From Paramoeba atlantica (lineage: Eukaryota > Protista > Discosea), in contig CDRNVI010000002.1 in the NCBI GenBank assembly GCA_977017575.1, positions 248,001-312,000 of the forward strand: a DNA stretch of 64,000 bases, in the 5' to 3' direction. The translations under genes and the position numbers were made by a program. Of the stretch, positions 32,511 through 43,057 are shown one piece after another; positions within the stretch are counted from its first letter, which is position 1, and each line of letters begins with the position of its first letter. Below the pieces are notes generated by a model, which was not told the origin of the DNA, searched no databases, and was given only the letters and a program-made list of their open reading frames with translations.

Positions 32511-34037
32511 TCAAAATTCGTCGGAGCCTTCCTCACCATCCTCCTCCTCCTGCCCCGCCTTCTCTGCTACTGCTTCGGCTTCTTCCTTCTCCGCCTCTTC
32601 TTTCTGCCGTTGCTCAGCAGCTTCGCGTCGCGCGACAATCTCCTTATTCCTTTCCGGGTCGTCGTGACACGTGGCATATTCGCAAGGTATCACAGGAGCA
32701 GCCGCGCCAAACATATTGGGAATATCTTCCTCTTCAGGTACCTTAAAATCTCTCAGCCCATCCGTCTGCAGCATACGACCCGATGTAACAAAATGACGAA
32801 TTGCGCCACGGCGGAATTTTCCATCAAACCATTTGATTGCCTTCTGTCCGTCCTTTGTGATCGGTACAAAGAAGGCTAGTGAGGGCACTTTGGGTACTTT
32901 AAGGTGTTTGGCAATACCCTGATGCTCCTCAGCGTCAATTTGGTAAATATGCAAACGAACCTCCGCCGCTCGCAGCACCTCTTTCGCTACTGTCTGAAAC
33001 ATCTTTAAGTCGTTTTCGTACTCTGCCACGGCAGAACCAAAGAACGCGACGGCCACCACACAGTTTGTCGGTTTCACCACCCACTCGTCAAACTGCTCCC
33101 AGGTAGAAATCTCTCTTGCGGGGTTTCTCAACACCTCCGCGACTGCGGCTCGACGTTCCGCATCACTGCTCGGTCGCGGATCCGGCATCTCTGGGAACTC
33201 TTCCAGCAGGTTCACCAATTTTCGAAACGCTGTGGCGTCCCCCCACTGCTCCTGGGTCAGCGTCGTCAGTATCTCCCCCTCAGCCGAGAGCACCACCACA
33301 AACGCATTCTCCTCGACTCCACGAAACAACGACCCCTGCTCCTTCTCTGCTCCCCCACCCTCGCACCTATAAAACCGTACCTGGGTACGAAACCGTGCCC
33401 CCAGCGCCGCCTGTCGCGGGGTCGTCTCATTATGAAAAAACACAACCCTTGGACCCTCCGCCTCCTGTATCTCGGTCTCCCCCCTCCCCTCCTTCACCAC
33501 GTGCCGCAGACACATCTCCGTGGTATCCGCATACCGCGTCGGGGCATTCCGGATTAACCACCCCACCAGCCCCTCCACACTGAACCCGTGGGCCAGCGCC
33601 TGGGGGTAGGCGATCGGGTAACCATAGACCCCGGCCCCCGCGGGGAGCCCCACGCGGTCCAGCAAGTGCCCAAACACCACGAGCTCGGGCCACGCGCTCA
33701 CGCGCGCGAGCTCAGCCACCGCGGCGGCCTCCGGGGAGTCCACGGGGAGGAACCCGACACGGACTAAACCCTTCGTGGCCTCGGCGACTGCGGTGAGGGC
33801 GGGACGGGTCGCGATGACCTCAGGGTCCCAGGGGAGACCGAACTGGACGAGCCAGTACTCCCCGTTGGAGAGAGCGTGGGTGAGGGCGGAGGCGGTGAGT
33901 TCGGTGATGAGGGAAGAGGGGGAAGAGCTAAGGTCCTCGGAGTCTGTGGTATGGAGGAGGGGGAGAGGGGAGGGGGAGAGGGGAGGGGTGAGGGGGAGGA
34001 GGAGGAGAGTGGTGAGGAGGGTGGGGAGGAGTTGCAT
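32511..34037 (-). CDS. Secretory thioredoxin-fold (PDI/P5-like) protein lacking CXXC
   Basis: Signal peptide; WLVQFGLPWDPE replaces WLVEFYAPWCGHC; second Trx-like domain (IYQIDAEEHQGIAKHLKVPKVPSL); acidic tail ending SDEF. Confidence 0.65.
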   Translation of the reverse strand: MQLLPTLLTTLLLLPLTPPLSPSPLPLLHTTDSEDLSSSPSSLITELTASALTHALSNGEYWLVQFGLPWDPEVIATRPALTAVAEATKGLVRVGFLPVDSPEAAAVAELARVSAWPELVVFGHLLDRVGLPAGAGVYGYPIAYPQALAHGFSVEGLVGWLIRNAPTRYADTTEMCLRHVVKEGRGETEIQEAEGPRVVFFHNETTPRQAALGARFRTQVRFYRCEGGGAEKEQGSLFRGVEENAFVVVLSAEGEILTTLTQEQWGDATAFRKLVNLLEEFPEMPDPRPSSDAERRAAVAEVLRNPAREISTWEQFDEWVVKPTNCVVAVAFFGSAVAEYENDLKMFQTVAKEVLRAAEVRLHIYQIDAEEHQGIAKHLKVPKVPSLAFFVPITKDGQKAIKWFDGKFRRGAIRHFVTSGRMLQTDGLRDFKVPEEEDIPNMFGAAAPVIPCEYATCHDDPERNKEIVARREAAEQRQKEEAEKEEAEAVAEKAGQEEEDGEEGSDEF

Positions 34038-34176
34038 GGGGGGGGTGGGTGGAGGTTAGGGGTGTGGAGATAGGGTGAAGAGATAAAGAAGAGGGGGGTT
34101 TGGTGTGTGTAGGGAGTGGGTAGGGGCACCTAGTGGATAGGATTCTAAACTATCATGGGGTATAAATTATGTTACG

Positions 34177-34570
34177 GTGGTTGTATAACTACCGCTCTAC
34201 CCTTGATTATAGAAAAAAAGTGAACAAACAGTGAAAATATAAGAGCAACACAGGAAAGTACTTTTCCAAAATTAACTCCTCCACGTATTTTGAGAGTTTG
34301 GAATCTCAGCTACCACTCTACGACGTTTTTTTTGTTCAGATTTACTTCCTACCCGTACTGGTAAGGCATCAAAAACGGTCTAAATTTTGGCTAAAATTTC
34401 GCTTTTTTGACCTACAAATTGGTCTTTTTCACCAAAAAAAAATGGGATGAATGCATGATCTTTTCGCAATACCTCTTTTTTAGTCGCTTCGTTAAACGCG
34501 GAGGTAGTTTTCAACGCGAAGCGCGCAGCAGTGGTGCCTTCTAAGTTGAACACAACCACCGCATTTAAAG
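34177..34570 (+). repeat. Family R copy with left motif GTGGTTGTATAACTACCGCTCTAC and terminal hairpin
   Basis: The left motif recurs inverted at 46085-46150. The terminal CGTTAAACGCGGAGGT...ACCACCGCATTTAA imperfect inverted repeat also occurs at 40620-40705 and 44488-44548. Confidence 0.7.
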
Positions 34571-34680
34571 GATCGATTAAAGAAGAATTGAAAAAAAAGT
34601 GAACAAAAACAGTGAATTTTCTCAGGATTTATGAATACTTCTCATTCATAAACAAAAAGGAGTCCTCGAAATTTAAGATA

Positions 34681-34768
34681 TACTATCCCCCTCCTATTTC
34701 CATGTACCGCCCCTCTAAAAGGGCATTTTTCCAAAAATCGGTGTCCTATTAAATAGGGGGGGATAGTA
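34681..34768. mobile_element. TA-flanked MITE (TACTATCCCCC...GGGGGATAGTA)
   Basis: tactatccccctcctattt versus aaatagggggggatagta; 88 bp; Tc1/pogo-like termini. Confidence 0.6.
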
Positions 34769-35204
34769 ATTAATTTTCTGTCACCTTGCACGAAGAATAG
34801 TGACAGACAACTAGGGGGGGTACAGTAATACAGATAGCTTGCGAGAGAATTGGATTCCGACCCTCAAGCTGGTAGAATGAAGCACAAAATTATTTTGTGA
34901 TTTTCTATTTTAAATAGAAGCGAGCGGAAGAAAAGTTAACGAATACAAAAACGGTACGAAACCAAAGAATGGGGCTACGCTTCAACCCACCTCCAGCACG
35001 CCAGTGTCAGTTGAAAATCTTGCCGAGTGGATATCCACATCACATCAATTGGGGGAATGGGGCGATCATTTTATCAACATTGGCACTTTCTCATATGGAA
35101 TCACTATTCGAAATCACTATTGGGCGGCTGCGGGCCCACCGGCTGAAAGTGTCCAGAAACTCTTACTCTAGGACGATGACCCGGAGGATAAGTACGGCCA
35201 GCTA

Positions 35205-35650
35205 ATGACGGAAGAGCGCTTGGTGCAGCATCTAGTTCCCGTGCGGCCAAGTCGTCAAGGTCAACGCCGTATATGTTTGAACTGTCGGCAACCAGGGCTC
35301 TTCCGAGCCAACTGCCCTAGTTTGAAGCAGGGTTTTCGTCGTGACAGGCGGCACAGCAAACGCGAATGCGTTTCACGACGGCAAAAGGAGTTCCGAAAAT
35401 GGAGACTCTCCCGTCCCTCAAACCGTTCGTGCCGTCTCAGGAAAAATGCCCGGTAAATTCGAACAACTCTTCCGACATTCTCTCGCATCAGTCATGCAAA
35501 AGTCGGGAGGTGCGAACAAGGTGGATGCAGTGATCACAGGGTTGTCGATCTTCAGCGCGAAACTGCAAGAACCTGAACTCTTTCGACGAAAATGCGCAGA
35601 AGAGGAAAAGGGCTGTGCGCGAGGCGATGTTGTGCGCGGTCCTGAAAGGG
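35205..35650 (+). pseudogene. Degenerate zinc-knuckle ORF remnant, interrupted by the IS30-like insertion
   Basis: CLNCRQPGLFRANC is CX2CX4(H>L)X4C; frameshifted continuation up to the insertion site. Confidence 0.4.
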
Positions 35651-37105
35651 TGGATTATCACATCCAGTGCACCAAGTTATCACATCCAGTGCACCAAAAG
35701 TTTTTAGATTATCATATCCAGTGCACCAAAAGTATATTTTTACAATTTCAATTTACATATTCAACTTACTTAGATATTCAATTTAGACATTTCTACTACT
35801 CGATTTTTTTCCTTCCTTCGTCATGACAAAGAATACGGCTCAGTGAAGGAGAGAGGCGCACTATACAAGAGATGTTCGAGGCGGGAGCTACGCGACGTGA
35901 GATGGGCCCGACTATCGGAAAATCACATAGCACCGTTAGCCGTGAGTTGGCCCGAAACAAAAAACGGAGTCGGCGGTACGAAGCCAGCCGTGCTCAGAGA
36001 GCATCCAAGAGACGCTTGGAAAGCAAGCCGGTGCGCCCTCGCATGATCTCTGGGCCCGTGGAGCGCCACATCAAGAAGCTCTTAGGGCAGCTTCACAGTC
36101 CAGAACAGGTTGCCAACACTTTAGTTGTTGGGGCGCAAGCTTCGCCGTCTGTGGCTACTATTTATCGCCACGTGGCACGTGATAAGCACGTAGGTGGGAA
36201 ACTGTACAAATCTCTTCGGATTCGTGGTCGGCGCCCTTATAGGCGTCGATCCAACCGCGGCAGATTAACGATCCCCAACAGAGTCCCCATCCGACTTCGC
36301 CCTCAGATAGTCAACAAGAGGCGTCGGTATGGGGATTGGGAAGCAGACCTCGTGGAACGGCATAATCACTCAGGATACATTTTGACCTTGTGTGAGCGGA
36401 AAAGCCGATTCCTCGTTCTGCGTGTTCTACGATCGAAGCATGCCGAAGAAGTGGCGAATCAAATCATCAAGGGATTAAGAAAGTACAAAACTTTTACTAT
36501 CACTTATGACAATGGAACGGAATTTACAAAGCATGAAAGATTGAATGAAAAGCTGGGCTGTAAATCCTTTTTCTGTGTCCCGTATCACTCGTGGGAAAAG
36601 GGGACGGTGGAAATTTCAAATTGTTTTATTCGCCAATATCACAAGGCGAGTGAGTCGTTTGAGACACTGAGCCTCAAAGAGGTGAACAAGACAGCCAAGA
36701 AGTTGAACAAACGGCCCAGAAAGGTTTTGCGGTGGGAATGTCCCAAGAATTTTGAAAGTCTACTCACCAAGACTTGACGTGTGAAGTTTTGTAAGCGCAA
36801 TAAAGGGTGTTATTGTAAATAAGTAGAAAGTGTATTTCCGGTAGATCTAAATAAAACAATACTGTTGTATTCCTCACCAAGACTCATTACATTGGGTTTT
36901 CTAGACCTTTTCGGCAAAAACAAATTGGGGGGCAAACCATTGAAAAATATACCAATCATTGTATCATCGTACTAGGTTCATTTTTTTAAATATTCTTGGT
37001 GCACTGGATATGAGAAAATGTTTGACACCTGGAACGGGATGTGATTTTCGCGTTTTTGGTGCACTGGATATGCGAAAATGTTGGTGCACTGGATATGATA
37101 ATTCA
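35651..37105 (+). mobile_element. Complete IS30-family insertion sequence, 1455 bp
   Basis: TG...CA ends; TIR TG(G/A)ATTATCA(C/T)ATCCAGTGCACCAA (25 bp, 2 mismatches); GG duplicated at 35649-50 and 37106-07; three ATCCAGTGCACCAA motifs at each end. Confidence 0.9.
35872..36777 (+). CDS. IS30-family DDE transposase
   Basis: HTH GKSHSTVSRELARN; GDWEADLV (D1), LCERKSRF, ITYDNGTEF (D2), PYHSWEKGTVE (E, 33-residue spacing), LNKRPRKVL. Confidence 0.93.
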   Translation: MFEAGATRREMGPTIGKSHSTVSRELARNKKRSRRYEASRAQRASKRRLESKPVRPRMISGPVERHIKKLLGQLHSPEQVANTLVVGAQASPSVATIYRHVARDKHVGGKLYKSLRIRGRRPYRRRSNRGRLTIPNRVPIRLRPQIVNKRRRYGDWEADLVERHNHSGYILTLCERKSRFLVLRVLRSKHAEEVANQIIKGLRKYKTFTITYDNGTEFTKHERLNEKLGCKSFFCVPYHSWEKGTVEISNCFIRQYHKASESFETLSLKEVNKTAKKLNKRPRKVLRWECPKNFESLLTKT

Positions 37106-37379
37106 GGCTTCCGTCAACTAAGCTGGTTTATTTGTAGAAATGTCGACAGTGTTCGCGCTTTCCTGGTGGGAGACAACCCCACTAAAGTTGTAGTCCAAGG
37201 CTCTGCAAGGGAAGGGCAGTCTCGAGCCACAACAACACGTGCAGCCGATGAATCCGGGACACATTGCAAAGCCTCCGAGAAGTTTGGTCACACCCGAAGC
37301 GATGACAGTTCCACTTTGTTGGAAAGGAGCGGCTTGCCCCGAGTTTTACATGCCTGTTGGCTGTAAAATTTGCACCTCC

Positions 37380-37620
37380 CGCAATAAGCTATAAGATCGC
37401 CAAGGCTTGGGCCTCAAAGTTGTGGCTATGTGCTAAGCGTAGGTTGGACCAAAAAAGAGTGTCAGAAGAGAGATGTCGTCTCTACGAAGGGTGGACAGTA
37501 CGCCAAACGAAGCTGACACTTGTGGCAGCATTCGCAATGTGTCCCGCGTGCTTTTCATAATACAGTGAAGTTTTACTCTCGGAAAATAAATGTGATGAAG
37601 ATTCCCTTTTGCTGGATGTT
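37380..37620 (+). pseudogene. Decayed transposase fragment paralogous to 13920-14180
   Basis: Shared ctacgaagggtggacagta core and flanking similarity. Confidence 0.4.
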
Positions 37621-37925
37621 CAGAATTGCGGAAAGTGATCTAGCTTAAACACTAAAACTGAAGTAGAAGTGATTATGCTCTAAAAGGAGTTTTCTATAAT
37701 TATGGGAACAGGAGCAAGTTATGGTCCTGTTCACGTATAAATATTTCGATATGAAATAATTTTGCACCCATACAGTAAAATTTACAGTTGTAAGAATGGT
37801 TAGTTGCAATATGCCGCGTAAAAGAGCACGTTTTTTTGTCAGAGATGTACATTTATGTGAGAGGGGTAACAATATGGAATTCGAAAGGGAACCCCACGTT
37901 ACGAGGGTCTCAACGAAGGGGTCAT

Positions 37926-40187
37926 CTACGAAGGAGTATGTCGTTTTCTTTTCTGAAAAGCCGAAAAGTGTTTATTTGAATTAGGCTTCAGACGAACCCC
38001 GTTAAAAGACATCCATTCCTTAGCAAATTTTAAAGTGCATTGAGCTAGAATCTGTAGGCAAACTTCTCTTTCTCGCTCCATTTCGCTCCCTTCAGTTTCC
38101 CCACGCGAAGCGATTCTTTGTGCAAGAATGTGCTTGCTCGAACTAGAGAGTACGGTTCGCACTTCGTGAAGGTCAACTGCTTCCATCAAAAGTATGCGTT
38201 CGCAGAAGGAGAGCGCAATCGAGTCGGAAATTTGGTGGCACAATCGAAGCACTTCATTTGCTGTCTGTTGTAACAAGGACAATGCTGGACGAAACTTTCG
38301 CATCTCTTTGGAACGATCGCCTCCCGTTGCCGAGTTCCTATCTTTTGTATTTCGTTGTGAGACACTTTCATCCTTTGGTAGGCTTCTTGAATGGGTATTA
38401 CGACTGTCAAATCGCGTGCGTTTGTATGCGCGCTCATGAAGATTCTGGAGACGAGTAATCATGGGTTCACGCAATCCTCTTTTCAGACCAACACGTTCGC
38501 ATTCCTTTTCTAGAACTTGATCAGCCCATAGAGCATATACGGAGAGGCCTTTTTTGTTCTTGTTAACCTGACGTATGCAAGAATCTCTGTTGTAAATGTT
38601 GTCCGCGATCCTACTGCATGATGCAGTACAATTAGCATGATCATACATATTTTCGTTTTCCATCGCTTCCATGTGTTCATGTTCCCATTCAACATTATTG
38701 GCAAAAAGTTCCGACTCACGTTTTTCGGACTGCTCCCGAGAAGCAAGAGTGCAAGAATTATCAAAAGAATTGGAATGATGTACCCCTTTGTTAGATATTA
38801 TGAGCTCATGGTTTTCCTCGTCCCACTTTCTTTGTGGCGGAGAGCTTACAAACTTCTGTGAAACAGTTTCCACAGGAAGTGCACCTTCTAGTGGTTGGTT
38901 CAAAGAGAACTCTTCAAAACACCTTAGGTTTGAACTCAATATCTGAGGATCAAGGGGATTAAGAGATGGTGAATTTGAATGTTCTAAGAATTCTCTGTGT
39001 GCTTGGTGATTTTCCTTTTTGCTAGATAAATCAAAAGTGTAATCATCATTAAACTCTAGATCGGCAGGAAGAATCGAAGGGGTAACTATTGCATTATTAG
39101 ACGGAGAAAGCGATGCTACTGATCCATTTCTTTGAGATTCACACAAATGCTCCCCAGTTTTGGGACGTATATCACATGGCTCACAGCTCAGTTCGCGTGT
39201 CTGAACTTGACTCGATACGGTTCTATCGAAAATCAATGTTGCTGTCGGGGATTCATCTACGGCAGGAAAAGCTCTCATTACAATCCTGAAAGAATTATTC
39301 GTTCTGGACATCTGAACTCCACTCTTCAGCGCATTCTTGGGGTATCGGAGGGCATATTTTTCCTCATGAGATTGTAGCTCTTCTTTGCATCTTGAAAAGG
39401 CTTCTTTAGAGACTGTTGTAAATTTACGAACCGCCTCTTGAAGGGCCCCATGCATTTCTTTTTCCGCGCTGTCCACAGCTGCTTGATAGGTTTCCACAAT
39501 ATTTTCGTGTTTATTGTCAGCTTCATACACATATTCGCGCATTGTCATATCGATACACAGTTCAGGAATTATGCCGCCACCTTGCGCTATCATGCACAAT
39601 GGAGCATTTCGTTGTGGTGTTTGAGGTTCTCTCCAGAAGTCAGTCTCTCCAAGATCTTTGTACTGGCTTTGCCTCATGATATCGTTGTCTTTCGACAAAA
39701 ATCGAGACTCATTCTGCAGATCAACTTCGCCATTTCTAGGTTCAGGGGGCAGAGAAATCTTTGTATCACTAGGAGACTTCGAAATCGGGGTTGAAGGATT
39801 AAGTGTGCGCGTCACAGGTTCTAGAATTCTTTCCTGTGTACTCATTTTTGATTTTTCAGGTGTTTGTAAATTTAATTGCGCAATTGCAAGTCGTAGTTTG
39901 CGTCGATCACGTGAGGCCCGAAGTCCTAAAGAGCTATGCATGGTTGGTGTGATGCTGGCACACAGACCCTGAGTGGTTAATCTGCACTCTTGGAACGCGT
40001 CATGATATTTTAGAAGATCGTGGGTTTCTAACCACAATTTCAAATCGAAGGCAGAATGTTGAGAGGACATGTCTTTCTCGTTCTCTATGTCTTGATTTCT
40101 GAAGCCTTGCATAAAATTCGCGCTGCTAGAAGGCTCCGGCTTTACAGCTGAATAAGCATGCTGGTTCACAAAGCTTTCAAAACTCAT
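37926..40187 (-). CDS. SLX4: SLX4-like structure-specific endonuclease scaffold with N-terminal SAM domain
   Basis: SAM-like LKLWLETHDLLKYHDAF...LGL...RRKLRLAI; SAP-like LEKECERVGLK...MITRL; C-terminal CERILLMEAVDLHEV...AKEWMSFNGVRL matches the SLX4 conserved C-terminal domain. Likely ATG at 40187; the track starts at 40277. Confidence 0.6.
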   Translation of the reverse strand: MSFESFVNQHAYSAVKPEPSSSANFMQGFRNQDIENEKDMSSQHSAFDLKLWLETHDLLKYHDAFQECRLTTQGLCASITPTMHSSLGLRASRDRRKLRLAIAQLNLQTPEKSKMSTQERILEPVTRTLNPSTPISKSPSDTKISLPPEPRNGEVDLQNESRFLSKDNDIMRQSQYKDLGETDFWREPQTPQRNAPLCMIAQGGGIIPELCIDMTMREYVYEADNKHENIVETYQAAVDSAEKEMHGALQEAVRKFTTVSKEAFSRCKEELQSHEEKYALRYPKNALKSGVQMSRTNNSFRIVMRAFPAVDESPTATLIFDRTVSSQVQTRELSCEPCDIRPKTGEHLCESQRNGSVASLSPSNNAIVTPSILPADLEFNDDYTFDLSSKKENHQAHREFLEHSNSPSLNPLDPQILSSNLRCFEEFSLNQPLEGALPVETVSQKFVSSPPQRKWDEENHELIISNKGVHHSNSFDNSCTLASREQSEKRESELFANNVEWEHEHMEAMENENMYDHANCTASCSRIADNIYNRDSCIRQVNKNKKGLSVYALWADQVLEKECERVGLKRGLREPMITRLQNLHERAYKRTRFDSRNTHSRSLPKDESVSQRNTKDRNSATGGDRSKEMRKFRPALSLLQQTANEVLRLCHQISDSIALSFCERILLMEAVDLHEVRTVLSSSSKHILAQRIASRGETEGSEMEREREVCLQILAQCTLKFAKEWMSFNGVRLKPNSNKHFSAFQKRKRHTPS

Positions 40188-41076
40188 TGTGCGGTAGCGA
40201 TGGCGGCAAAGCAGGTCCTCCGCCGGGAGTGGTGAAGGGGCACATGGGGAATATATTTTTGGAGAAAAAATCAACAAGGTACATTATCAACAAGGTATAA
40301 AAGCATTCGATGTACTATTGCAGTGCGCGCTTGAACGGATCGCTTCAAGTTCAACTATTCTGGCAAAGTCCGGGAAGCAAAGTTTTTAAAGGCTCAAGGA
40401 AGTTACAAGAAACATCGTCTGAAACAACGCCAGAATCAGTGCTATAGCGAAAGTCGAAAGTTTGTCCCGATCAGAAAAGGAAATTGGGGGCTCAAGAGTC
40501 ACAAAAATACGACGCACTCACAACACAATTCTTCGAGAGGGATTTCCACCACGGAAAAGAGGAAATACACGTCGATCATCCGTAAACCGAAATCTTGTTG
40601 AAACACTAATTTTAGGCTCCTCGTTAAACGCGGTGGTTCTTTGAAGCTTAGAAGTTACCCATGCTGCGCGCTTCGTGTTGAAAACTACCTCCGCGTCTAA
40701 CGAAGAGCCTAAAAAAATTGGCTACCAAAGCGGAAGAAACCAGAAGGATTTGACCCAAAAATAACAGAGCTTCGGATAAAAATGGGAGCATTTTTGCGTA
40801 TTTTTGCTCTCAGAGCACTAAATCCGATATATGCGTGTGGGATCACTCGTAGGCATGAATGAAAGCCTATCGAACGGAATGGGTAGAAAATGCGATTCTA
40901 ACCACACCATTCTTCAGACACAAAAAGGTCCCTTTGGGTACGCAAATCACTTTTTCGCATTTTTTAGTCAAAATTGTGACATTTTGGGAGGCATTTCACG
41001 CCTCCAAGAAGGCGTATCTTGCGAAAACAACGGCGTGGAAAGCTAGTAGAGCTCCCAAACTCTCAAAATGTACCGT

Positions 41077-41650
41077 AGACCCCCCCAGTAACAGAGATTT
41101 GGCCATTTTTGGGCTGACCCCCAGTAACAGAGATTTGGCCCGGGAGGGTGGTTGGAGGGGGGGGGTGTTTGGGCGGGTGGGGGTCGCTGGGCTGGGTGAG
41201 GGTGGTTGCGAGGGAGCGAAGTAGTTGCAGGGTTGTCTGGGCAGAAAATTAATGCACACATGAACAAAAAAGGTCTTTTCCCACTAAAAATGCACACCCC
41301 CCCAGTAACAGAGATTTGGCTGTTTGGGTCCAAAATAGATTCTATTACTGGGGCATACGGTAGAATCGATTATGGGCCAAAATGACCAAATCCTTGTTAC
41401 TGGGCGGTATGCTTTTTGGGTAGGAAAAGACCTTTTTTGTTCATAAGTGCGTTGCTTTTTTGTCCAACCACCCCCGCAACTACGCCATTCGCTCCCGCGC
41501 ATCTACCCTCACCCCGTCCAGCAATCCCCACCCGCCCAAACACCCCCTCCCCTCTCCAACCACCCTCCCGAGACAAATCCTTGTTACTGGGGGTCAGCCG
41601 AAAAAGGGCAAAATCCTTTTTACTGGGGGAGTCGATTACTGGGGGGGTCT
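41077..41650. mobile_element. Foldback/MITE-like long inverted repeat, 574 bp, with reiterated CCCAGTAA motifs
   Basis: Ends agacccccccagtaa / ttactgggggggtct; arms of about 250 bp are diverged reverse complements. Confidence 0.75.
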
Positions 41651-41977
41651 GCAGTAATAGGGGAAACGATTTTGAAAAAATATATTTTTTGACATCTTTT
41701 TCGCGGTTGGATTTTTTTCGAAAATGTTTTCCCGAAATACTCCCCGTCATTAATAATGATAATCATAAAAAAAATTATCATTCTATGTGGTGAAGACTCT
41801 TAAAAAATTATCACCTTATTTTCACGCACGCAGGATTTTCTTACAAAAAATTTTGTGTCTTAAAAAAAACGTTTTTTGAACTAAAGAACTACTGGGAAGG
41901 TTTCAAAAACGGCCCAAATTCGGGTTATGATTTCGCATTTTTGGCCTGAAAATCGTGTTTGTTTGTCGAAAACTATG

Positions 41978-42079
41978 TACTCCCCCTGCCATTAATAATG
42001 ATAATGATAATAACAATAATTTCAAAAAAAAAATCATTCTTGAGGATTATCATTATCATTATTAATGACAGGGGGAGTA
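41978..42079. mobile_element. TA-flanked MITE with 34-bp TIR, 102 bp
   Basis: tactccccctg(c/t)cattaataatgataatgataat at both ends, 1 mismatch; an orphan left end near 41738. Confidence 0.8.
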
Positions 42080-42341
42080 ATCCGGACTTAGCAGACCCGT
42101 CTTCTGCGCATGTTACACTAGGGAACGAAGTACGCAGCTCTCCCTGCGAGATAGTATGCAGACTTTTTTCTAAATTTTTTGTACTGCGGAGATCGACTCG
42201 CCGAGACTATCAACTCTCCAGGCCGAACTAAAAAAACCGTCTTCTGTCCAGGCTCACGTGAAAACTTCACAAGTTTTGTTCCCTCCAAGATAAATTTAGC
42301 GCAGCCACAGACAAGCACATCTCCAGAGTTCAGAACTCCGG

Positions 42342-42490
42342 TATAAAGTAGGGGAGGGATTCAGAACTTGCTTAGAAAAACGCGGAGCTATAACCAAGCT
42401 CTTTGCCGAGGTGTACAAGGGGGATACGGTGCTCGAGGAGGTCCAGGACTGGCAAAACGCCAGTCCCTCGAGTCCCTATAAATTCGAAGG
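42342..42490 (+). pseudogene. Possible IS256-family transposase fragment
   Basis: Manual translation ...ITKLFAEVYKGDTVLEEVQDWQN resembles bacterial IS256 I...F.E.Y...D.V.E.V..WQNRPL with an internal deletion. Confidence 0.3.
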
Positions 42491-43057
42491 GGTCCTAAAG
42501 CCAGGTCATTCGACTTTTTTCGGATGATGGGGCGTAGCGACCCCAGGTTCCCGAGCTAACTCACCCGGCGTCGCATAACAATACGCTAGATACCTATGGT
42601 GAGTACGATCAGGATCTCCTAGAAAATGGCCGGCACTAGTAAATCAAAGCTCTAAATAACTACGCCAGTGCAGGACATCAGCTTTCCCAACAGAACGAGG
42701 GATTGCTGATGATAGAGTGCTGTCCCCACTCTCCAAAGGCACTCGGCGGCTCTCTAAAGGTACTCGGCGGGGAGATTCTTATGGACCATGTCCACCGGCA
42801 ACGGTGTGAATTGTCCCAGCCCGCTTCAAAAGAGTACCAGGATCGACGTAGCCCCACATCCCTCGTACGACAAATGGGGTTTATTACAGTATGCAGAGTT
42901 ACAGTATATGAGGTTGATGAGTGAGACCCCAGCGTAATAAAGACCCTAAGATCGCTACATGTATTGATCTTACTCATACAGTAAGCTTGGTTTGTAAGCT
43001 TCTTTTCTTCCCGAAAGATCAAGAATAATTTAATTTTCTTTACTTTTCCTGCTTCGC

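Noticed and set aside
37591-37661. TGTGATGA...CTGA on the + strand resembling a C/D snoRNA with an LSU-like guide (GATTCCCTTT)
   Set aside because: It is antisense to the gene cluster, single-copy, and lies within the decayed ORF homologous to 14100-14180, where the boxes are absent.
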